Assembly (NCBI GenBank): GCA_965661115.1
Contig: CBFICO010000004.1
Span: 1,058 to 65,057, forward strand
Origin: Salibacteraceae bacterium
GTDB taxonomy: Bacteria > Bacteroidota > Bacteroidia > Flavobacteriales_G > Salibacteraceae
Length of the DNA stretch: 64,000 nt
Direction of reading: 5' to 3'
The notes under the pieces were generated by a model, which searched no databases, was not told where the DNA came from, and was given only the letters and a program-made list of their open reading frames with translations. Position 1 is the first letter of the stretch, and each line of letters begins with the position of its first letter. Positions 57,060 to 64,000 of this stretch are shown piece after piece. The translations under genes were made by a program, and so were the position numbers.

Positions 57060-58862
57060 ATGAGAATTACAGTAGCACTATTTCTATTCCTTAGTTTTTT
57101 TATGGGTAATGCTCAGGTTGACCCTAAAATGGTAACCTCGCCTGTGTACAAACACAACAAACCAAGGATTTACATGGAGGAGATGCTAGGAGAGGTTAAC
57201 GGCGTTTACTACGTAATGTACTCCACTGCTCCAGTAAAAGTCTCAACTCTTCCTACCTTGTACATAAATATGTACGATAAAGAAGATATGACTTTGATAA
57301 AAACCAAGCCACTTATTGATCAAAACAATAAAAACCTGAAAAAAAAATACAAGGATTTTACGTTAAACAATTATTTAATAACCAAAAACGGATTGCAGTT
57401 TTTCTTTAAGAAAAAGGGAAAAAAGGGAATTCGAGATATTTACCTAGGAACATACGATTTAAAACTAAATGCTCAAAAACAATTCGAAAAGGTTTTGAAT
57501 TACAACTCCAATGATAGGAGGTTTGTGAGTTTAGCCAATAGTAATTATCCTAACACAATCTTAGCCACGATGAATTACGCTGATGATGGCGAAAAACTTT
57601 TTATTGAATACAAAGAAATAGATAAGAATTTTGAATTGGTAAAACGTGGTAAAGTGTTCTTGCCTTTTGAAAAAAGTGCTTCGGCAGGTAAAATTTTCAA
57701 TAGAAATCGACAGGCCTTTGCAAGAAGATTATCACTTTCTGATGGTGGTAAAATAATTACTAGCTTAAAAATAAAAGCAGAAACAACCATGAAAACAACC
57801 AAAAAAGGTAAAAGAAAAAAAGACAAATTCGCAGACGAATCTTACATGTCAATTTTGGTTATCAATCCTAAAACCGAAGACATATTAGAAATTCCTGTAA
57901 AGCTAGACGACACAAAAAACGTGGATGATTTTAACTGGTACGCAGATGGTAAAAAAGCATTTGTGGTTGGCTTTTATTCTAACAGAACATTGGAGAGAAA
58001 AGGAAATCAGTTACATGGTGTGTTTTACATGCGTGTTGATGTTCACAGCGCTAAAACAGAACTATTGAAAACAACTAAGTTTACTGATGATTTTTTATTC
58101 AGAATAAACAACCAAAATACTCTTATTAGCAAACGAGCTAAAAAGAAAGAAAACAAAAAGGAGAGTATCAATGAATCTTTTCAAATAAGTGAAGTGATAA
58201 TTGATATGGCTTCGAAAAATATAACAGCGTATTGTGAGCCAATCTATAATTACTATGTTCAACACACCGATCAAAACGGAAATACATACACTACATATCA
58301 CTCTAAGAGGGGAAGCCTTTTCTATTTTAAAATGACTGAGGATGGTGAATTTGAACACTTTAATACAATTAGAAAATACTCGCACTGGTCTAGTGGTAGC
58401 TCTTCAGTCTGGTACAGAAGTTCGGTGTTTGTGCATCGTGGAAAAGAGGCTAAAAAAGATTATATCTTATACTCCACACAACGCATTTATAATGAACGCG
58501 ATAAATCTGATGTTAGAGGTGATAAAGCGAAATGGAAAAAAACTAAACGAGATTTTGTTATTGCCACTATTAATAACAAAACAGGTAATTACGATTTAAA
58601 TTATCCACAGCAATATGACAAAAAAGACAAGAAGAATTTAGGAATACTTGTAGATAACATATCTCAAAGCAATGGGGCGTTATACTCCTATGGAATAAAA
58701 AGGAAAATGAGGATCAGCAGATTAGTTACTGCCGTAGTCTTAGCTGTACCAACAATTTTTATTGCTCCCTATATAATTTATGTTAGTCCAAAGTCTTACT
58801 ACCAAAAAGTACAACTCAACCGAATAGAGATTCAAGACGATAGCGAAGGTTCCGACTATTAA
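57060..58862 (+). CDS. large Lys-rich hypothetical protein with signal peptide and C-terminal TM anchor
   Basis: 600 aa from the internal ATG, starting MRITVALFLFLSFFMGNAQ. C-terminal helix LVTAVVLAVPTIFIAPYIIYV. No recognisable domain. A9 tract at 57339-57347. Confidence 0.6.
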   Translation: MRITVALFLFLSFFMGNAQVDPKMVTSPVYKHNKPRIYMEEMLGEVNGVYYVMYSTAPVKVSTLPTLYINMYDKEDMTLIKTKPLIDQNNKNLKKKYKDFTLNNYLITKNGLQFFFKKKGKKGIRDIYLGTYDLKLNAQKQFEKVLNYNSNDRRFVSLANSNYPNTILATMNYADDGEKLFIEYKEIDKNFELVKRGKVFLPFEKSASAGKIFNRNRQAFARRLSLSDGGKIITSLKIKAETTMKTTKKGKRKKDKFADESYMSILVINPKTEDILEIPVKLDDTKNVDDFNWYADGKKAFVVGFYSNRTLERKGNQLHGVFYMRVDVHSAKTELLKTTKFTDDFLFRINNQNTLISKRAKKKENKKESINESFQISEVIIDMASKNITAYCEPIYNYYVQHTDQNGNTYTTYHSKRGSLFYFKMTEDGEFEHFNTIRKYSHWSSGSSSVWYRSSVFVHRGKEAKKDYILYSTQRIYNERDKSDVRGDKAKWKKTKRDFVIATINNKTGNYDLNYPQQYDKKDKKNLGILVDNISQSNGALYSYGIKRKMRISRLVTAVVLAVPTIFIAPYIIYVSPKSYYQKVQLNRIEIQDDSEGSDY

Positions 58863-58887
58863 CTTTCAACACAATAAAACAAAAAAA

Positions 58888-58906
58888 GGGGAGCAATTTG
58901 CTCCCC
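58888..58906. terminator. bidirectional rho-independent terminator
   Basis: A7-GGGGAGCA-att-TGCTCCCC-T6 lies between convergent genes. Confidence 0.85.
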
Positions 58907-58932
58907 TTTTTTCTTCTAACTTATCTACTTAA

Positions 58933-59361
58933 TTACGCTATCTCAATCAGCTTTGGCTTTTTAATTTCTGCCTCTGCTTGTGGAATGCTAACGCGTAAAA
59001 TTCCGTTTTCGTACTTGGCGTTTATTTGTTCTTCGTTTACCTCGTTTGGTAAGGTGAAACTTCTGGAGAATGAACTGTAAGAAAACTCTCTTCGAGTGTA
59101 ATTGCCATCGTTACTCTTTTCTTCGTTCTCCGATTTTTTCTCGTAAGAAACCGTTAACGTTCCATCGTTTACTTCAATGTTAAAATCCGCTTTGTTTAAT
59201 CCCGGTGCTGCAAACTCTACTTCGTATTTATCGTCTGCTTTTTTAATATTAATTGCAGGATAATTACTGTTTGACCATCCGTTTGTTTTTCCAACCGCGT
59301 GATCAAAAAATTCGTCAAAAATTGAATTTACTCCTAAAGGTCTTCTTCTAATAAGTGTCAT
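58933..59361 (-). CDS. Hsp20/alpha-crystallin small heat-shock protein
   Basis: 142 aa with an alpha-crystallin domain (PAINIKKADDKYEVEFAAPGLNKADFNIEV...FSRSFTLP...NGILRVSIP). Confidence 0.9.
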   Translation of the reverse strand: MTLIRRRPLGVNSIFDEFFDHAVGKTNGWSNSNYPAINIKKADDKYEVEFAAPGLNKADFNIEVNDGTLTVSYEKKSENEEKSNDGNYTRREFSYSSFSRSFTLPNEVNEEQINAKYENGILRVSIPQAEAEIKKPKLIEIA

Positions 59362-59495
59362 AATTTTTAGTTTTTAAAATTTTGTTACAACCCCATCAGA
59401 ACAATCAAATTGCCAACTAAATTTTTACTGAAAAAATGACCGTTTTAACTTTTATAAACTGAAAAATTGTCACTTAACCTACTGATTACCAGTCA

Positions 59496-61709
59496 TTATG
59501 GCTTAAACAACATTAATCGAAGACCACCGTAAATACTTCTTCCGAAAATAGGACCCCAAATTAACGATGCATCAAACTCAGCATCAAATGGTCTATCTGC
59601 AGAAATAAGCGGGTTGCTTTGACGGTAGTTCCCTAAGTTCTCCGATCCTACATAAAACTCAATGTGTTTGAACCTACGCGTTATTTGAGTATTCATAAGT
59701 ACAAATGCATCGCTGGTTTCTTTTCGCAAGTTTTCTGGTGAGTTTCCCACTGTGCTCGGAATTCTACTTTCACCTACAAATTGGGTGGTAAAATCTACTT
59801 GCCATTTTTTATTGAGCGTCTGATAACCCAAACTAACCATTCCTCTCCAAGTTGGAATCAATGGCATTCTTTTTTGCACTCCGCTAAACGTACTTTGCAC
59901 ATCTAGATATTTGGCGGCAGTTCTTATCTCCAGCACTTTTAAAGGTTCGTACATAACTTCAAACTGAACTGCGTTTGAGTAGGAGCTTCCTTCTAAGTTA
60001 TAAAAGGATAAAGCACCTGGCGTTTCTCTATCTACAATTACCTGATTCTCAAAACTGGTATAGAAATATTCTGCATGAAGGGTTAGGTCTCTTTCTGCCA
60101 ATTCAACTTTTTGAGTACCGCTTATTCCTGTATTCCAAGCAATTTCTGGTTGCAAATTTTGTTGAATGGAAATAATGCGCTGACTAATAAATGTAGAGCT
60201 GTTATCTACAAAAATATTGGCTACTCTAAAGCCTCTTCCCATTGATGCTCTAACAACTCCGCGCTTGGCGTAATCGTACTTTAGGTTCACTTTTGGACTC
60301 ACCTGAGTTCCAAACAAATTATGAAAATCCGAACGGGCTCCTAAAATTGCTTTGAATTTATCCCTTGAATAAGTGTATTCTCCAAAAACGCCAGGAACAT
60401 GTTCAGTACGGAGAAAATCTGTACCATTAAATTCTTCATTGTAATCATCAAATACATAGCTAGCGCCAATTGCGTACTTGTGTTCTGTGGTTTTAATAAT
60501 ATCTGAGAAGATTAAATTGGAATAGAAATAAGTTTCATATCCATAATAATTCATCAGACCAGCGTACAAATTCTGTTCGTGATAACTTCCTCTTGTTATA
60601 ATGGCTACGGAGCGCCAAGGCCTTTTATCCGATAGTATACCTGCCTTAGCAAATGCCTCTATATGATTCCCTTCTGCCCCAACTCCATAAAAATTTGTTG
60701 TTCCATAATCAGTTTCAGGATCAAAGTCTATCTCTCCTCCTACTTTCTCTTCCATTATTCCACGTACACCAAATTGACTGCGCAGCTTCTCCCCTTTATA
60801 CTTCCAACGATTCATCACATTCACTTGGTTCTTCAGCGTCATATCCAAAAACCCATCATTGTTATTATCTAACGGAAGTTGATTGCTATTTGCATGTGCT
60901 AAAAGCAGTGTGCTCCACTTTTTATTGAGTTTATCGCCCAAATGAATATTCACCTCAGAGCGCCCCATAATGTTACCGTAGAGGTTCACAAAAAGCTTTT
61001 CTTTTAATTCATCAGGCTTCAAAAACTCTAGATTAATTTGCCCAGTCATACTCTCGTATCCATTTCTAACCGAACCCGAACCTTTGGATATTTGGATACT
61101 CTCCACCCAAGTTCCTGGAATGTGCGCTAGTCCATCCAAATTGGCTAAACCTCTTACTAGAGGAATATTCTCAAATTGCAAACTCGTGTAGATGCCATCT
61201 AAACCCAGCATCTGAATTTTTTTGGCTCCTGTAACGCCATCACTCGATACCACATCAACCGAGGCATTAGTTTCGAATGCCTCTGAAATATTGCAGCAGG
61301 CAGCACGCGTAAGCTCTTCCGAACCAATATTTTCAACATGCTTAGCATCCATCATATCGTAAGAGGTGGATTGTTTCCGCGCCTCAACAACAACTTCATC
61401 TATTTTCAGGGATGGTTTTAACCCCAGGTGTATATTCTCATTCGGTTTAGTAATTTCAATGGTATCGGACTCAAAGCCGATATACGATATCACTAACTTG
61501 TTGGGCAGTTTGGCTGGCGGAAGAATCGTAAATTCTCCATGCTCATCCGTATATGTTCCGTTGGATATGTCGTTTAACCAATAAACATTAGCACCGGGTA
61601 ATCCTTTGCCGTGTTCATGGGCTCCTTCTGGGAAAACCTCCCCGCTTATTTGGGCGCTTCCAAGCAGGCTTCCAAAAGCAATTATTGTTGTAAAAAATAA
61701 GTGTTTCAT
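59496..61709 (-). CDS. TonB-dependent receptor with carboxypeptidase-regulatory-like N-domain
   Basis: Signal peptide, CarbopepD_reg-like region GEVFPEG...GANVYW, a plug region (EVVVEARK...), and a long beta-barrel; 737 aa. Confidence 0.85.
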   Translation of the reverse strand: MKHLFFTTIIAFGSLLGSAQISGEVFPEGAHEHGKGLPGANVYWLNDISNGTYTDEHGEFTILPPAKLPNKLVISYIGFESDTIEITKPNENIHLGLKPSLKIDEVVVEARKQSTSYDMMDAKHVENIGSEELTRAACCNISEAFETNASVDVVSSDGVTGAKKIQMLGLDGIYTSLQFENIPLVRGLANLDGLAHIPGTWVESIQISKGSGSVRNGYESMTGQINLEFLKPDELKEKLFVNLYGNIMGRSEVNIHLGDKLNKKWSTLLLAHANSNQLPLDNNNDGFLDMTLKNQVNVMNRWKYKGEKLRSQFGVRGIMEEKVGGEIDFDPETDYGTTNFYGVGAEGNHIEAFAKAGILSDKRPWRSVAIITRGSYHEQNLYAGLMNYYGYETYFYSNLIFSDIIKTTEHKYAIGASYVFDDYNEEFNGTDFLRTEHVPGVFGEYTYSRDKFKAILGARSDFHNLFGTQVSPKVNLKYDYAKRGVVRASMGRGFRVANIFVDNSSTFISQRIISIQQNLQPEIAWNTGISGTQKVELAERDLTLHAEYFYTSFENQVIVDRETPGALSFYNLEGSSYSNAVQFEVMYEPLKVLEIRTAAKYLDVQSTFSGVQKRMPLIPTWRGMVSLGYQTLNKKWQVDFTTQFVGESRIPSTVGNSPENLRKETSDAFVLMNTQITRRFKHIEFYVGSENLGNYRQSNPLISADRPFDAEFDASLIWGPIFGRSIYGGLRLMLFKP

Positions 61710-61763
61710 TGTAAAATTTTATGCTTAATAATGAATGTTGATTCCCGCGGTTGGAAACCTATT

Positions 61764-62147
61764 CTAGCATAAAATTCTTTGTGTAAGTTGGTAAACTGGT
61801 TGTTTTAATGGAGGGGGTATATCAAAATTGGTTTTTATTATTTGATTTTTAATCGAACCTAAACTTGACCAAACCACAAACTGAGTAGCAAAGCTTTTCG
61901 CTTGCTTTACATCATGTTTTTCAACCGAATTTAAAAGGTTATCCGTTTTGAATTGAACAGAGAAAAACTCGCAGCAGGTTCTTTTTAGGGTTTCTTTTTC
62001 ATAGTCTTTTGTGCAACATTCAATTGCATCAAGCGAATACTCCGCGTTACCAGAATCTAAGCAAACCATCTGATGCACTGTAGCACCAGTAGATGCTACC
62101 AGCATCAACATACTAAGGACAGAAACCAATATTTGCTTAACTACCAT
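61764..62147 (-). CDS. small Cys-rich membrane-anchored protein (possibly HYC_CC_PP family)
   Basis: 127 aa with an N-terminal TM, VHQMVC, ECC, CCEF and IPPP motifs. Lies immediately upstream of the TonB-dependent receptor on the same strand. The family name is from memory and unverified. Confidence 0.5.
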   Translation of the reverse strand: MVVKQILVSVLSMLMLVASTGATVHQMVCLDSGNAEYSLDAIECCTKDYEKETLKRTCCEFFSVQFKTDNLLNSVEKHDVKQAKSFATQFVVWSSLGSIKNQIIKTNFDIPPPLKQPVYQLTQRILC

Positions 62148-62234
62148 ACGGTTACAAAATTATAACATTAATACGGTGTTGATTGTTATATGCAGGAACA
62201 GGCACGTTAAATTTGCAAAAAACAAATCACAGTT

Positions 62235-62867
62235 ATGGAAACATTAGAAAAAAGAATACCCATTTCAGTATATGCTGAGAGTACGCCAAATCCAGCAACC
62301 ATGAAATTTGTATGCAACGTAGCCTTTACCGAAAGTGGCTCAAGCGTTGAATTTAATGATGTTTCTGAAACTACTAAAGCTCCTTTAGCTGCGCGCCTAT
62401 TTAGTTTTCCTTTTGTAACGGGCGTTTTCTTTTCAAATGACTTCATTACCATCTCCAAAAATGATTTAGTAGATTGGCAAGATGTTTTTTCTGAAGTGCG
62501 CTCTTATATTCAAGATTACTTGGCAACAGGTCACGATATTTTTACAGAAAACCCAAAAACCATGACTACTGAAAAAACCGTGAAAGAAGAAAAAGAAAAA
62601 CCAAACAGACCTGCAGCAAAAAAACCAGAGACAGAAACAGAAAAGCGCATTGTAGAAATATTAGATGATTATGTAAGGCCGGCAGTAGAAAGCGACGGTG
62701 GAGCAATAGATTATCACTCATACGATGGCGAAGGTAAGCTCACGGTTATTCTTAAAGGTTCATGCAGTGGATGTCCTTCTTCAAGCGTGACTTTAAAAAA
62801 TGGAATTCAAGGTTTGTTTAACCAAATGATGCCAGAAATAACTGAAATTGTAGCTTTGGAAGAATGA
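62235..62867 (+). CDS. NifU/Nfu-type iron-sulfur cluster scaffold protein
   Basis: Nfu_N-like N-domain, Lys/Glu linker, and C-terminal NifU motif GSCSGCPSS. Confidence 0.85.
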   Translation: METLEKRIPISVYAESTPNPATMKFVCNVAFTESGSSVEFNDVSETTKAPLAARLFSFPFVTGVFFSNDFITISKNDLVDWQDVFSEVRSYIQDYLATGHDIFTENPKTMTTEKTVKEEKEKPNRPAAKKPETETEKRIVEILDDYVRPAVESDGGAIDYHSYDGEGKLTVILKGSCSGCPSSSVTLKNGIQGLFNQMMPEITEIVALEE

Positions 62868-63613
62868 TTGCTTCCATAGAACACAACAATAAACAGTTTA
62901 AAGTAGACCTAAAAAAACCAATCGATATTTCAATTGAAATGCACCCATCAAATGATGCGGTTACCGCTTGGTATTTAGACCCATTGACTATTGAACCCGT
63001 TAGAGGCGATGGTTTTGTTGGAGCCGTAAAAGAAGGAGGTTCTGTTAATTTCAGAAACATACTTTTTAACCCGCACGGTCATGGTACGCATACCGAATCT
63101 TTAGGCCACATAACCCCAGAGGTTTACAATGTTAATGAGCACATAAAAACTTTCTTTTTTGAAGCAGAATTAATTTCTATAAAGCCGATTCAAGTGCAAA
63201 ATGACAGAATAATTACCAAAGACCAAATCGTTGAAGGGTTAAAAAACAATCCAAACCCTGAAGCGATTGTAATTCGCACTTTACCTAACCAAAAAGACAA
63301 ATTGAGTAAAAATTACAGCAACAGCAATCCCGCGTATTTGGAAGAATCAGCAGCTCTTGAAATTAGAGAACGAGGAATAAAACACCTGTTAATCGATACT
63401 CCAAGCGTTGATCGAGAGGAAGACGGTGGAGCGTTACTTTCACATCATGCCTTTTGGAATGTGCCCAAAAATCCACGATTTGATTGTTCTATTACTGAAC
63501 TCATCTATGTGCCAAACGATGTTACGGACGGTACTTATTTACTCAACCTTTCTTTTGCGAGTTTCAAAAACGATGCAAGCCCCAGCAAACCAGTGCTTTA
63601 TAAGCCGATTTAG
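62864..63613 (+). CDS. cyclase-family protein (kynurenine formamidase-like)
   Basis: HGHGTHTESLGH matches the HxGTHxDxPxH-type motif of the putative cyclase family. ATGA overlap with nifU. Confidence 0.7.
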   Translation: MIASIEHNNKQFKVDLKKPIDISIEMHPSNDAVTAWYLDPLTIEPVRGDGFVGAVKEGGSVNFRNILFNPHGHGTHTESLGHITPEVYNVNEHIKTFFFEAELISIKPIQVQNDRIITKDQIVEGLKNNPNPEAIVIRTLPNQKDKLSKNYSNSNPAYLEESAALEIRERGIKHLLIDTPSVDREEDGGALLSHHAFWNVPKNPRFDCSITELIYVPNDVTDGTYLLNLSFASFKNDASPSKPVLYKPI

Positions 63614-63738
63614 GCTATTCTACATTTTACCATTTACCGTCATTCATCCGATAAATATTAACATTCGTCGTTTAATGAATCGTTAACTTTTACAATATCA
63701 AGGGTATTTCTGCATCTACTTTCGATTCAAATTTACAG

Positions 63739-64000
63739 ATGAAAAAGCTGCTTGCCTTGTGCCTATTAGTTTCGGTTATACCAAATCTATTTGGTCAGAA
63801 TAAAAAAAGAACTAAAGCCGAGACCTACCTAAAGGATGCCATGATGTCGGCTACTACTATGGAGTACGATGACGCTATTAAACTTTACAAAAAAGCTGTA
63901 AAAACTGACCCTACGTACAACACTGCTTGGTTAGAATTAGCTAGAACGCTTTCAAAAACCGGACAAGAACTGCCTTTGCAAAAACAAGCCTACAAGAACA
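63739..64000 (+). CDS. secreted TPR-like protein (5' partial; runs off the window)
   Basis: Signal peptide MKKLLALCLLVSVIPNLFGQ, then a TPR-like YDDAIKLYKKAVKTDPTYNTAWLELA. Confidence 0.6.
   Translation, partial: MKKLLALCLLVSVIPNLFGQNKKRTKAETYLKDAMMSATTMEYDDAIKLYKKAVKTDPTYNTAWLELARTLSKTGQELPLQKQAYKN

Noticed and set aside
1-64000. Genomic island, prophage or defence locus
   Set aside because: I found no integrase, transposase, tRNA attachment site, phage structural, restriction-modification, toxin-antitoxin or Cas-like genes. Gene content and order are typical core Flavobacteriia synteny.

Overview
This is a visibly AT-rich chromosomal core region of a Bacteroidota (Flavobacteriia-like) genome. 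The lineage call rests on a T9SS C-terminal sorting domain, SprB repeats, TAnnTTTG-type promoter boxes, a TonB-dependent receptor and LytS/LytTR two-component genes. About 60 genes are tightly packed and mostly housekeeping: tdk, alr, def, gcvP, mfd, fbp, rfbA, aspS, the rplM-rpsI-rpsB-tsf-pyrH-frr block, moeA, dut, purF, and a nucleotidyltransferase/TPR/DUF4292/M23 envelope operon. I found no rRNA, tRNA, CRISPR array, transposase, integrase or recognisable defence system. The points worth a second look are as follows. (1) A sensor histidine kinase is knocked out by three in-frame stop codons with the reading frame otherwise intact, next to an intact NarL-type response regulator. A second membrane PAS sensor is split by an in-frame TAG. 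(2) A 134-bp MITE-like element with GTTGYAGAATA terminal inverted repeats and twin ATTCC/GGAAT hairpins occurs in two oppositely oriented copies. Degenerate relatives show compensatory stem changes. (3) A 128-bp array of sixteen ~8-bp 'AAT(T)' units fills the spacer upstream of purF, and a (GATGTCC)x4 microsatellite lies upstream of an orphan arsM-like gene. (4) An uncharacterised three-gene envelope module encodes a MORN/lectin-like/trypsin-like protease, a putative beta-barrel protein and a 600-aa Lys-rich tail-anchored protein. (5) A catalytically complete peptide deformylase carries a lipoprotein-type signal peptide. (6) A bacterial lipoprotein contains a eukaryote-type EGF Cys pattern. 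All functional calls come from motif recognition by eye; no database search was run.
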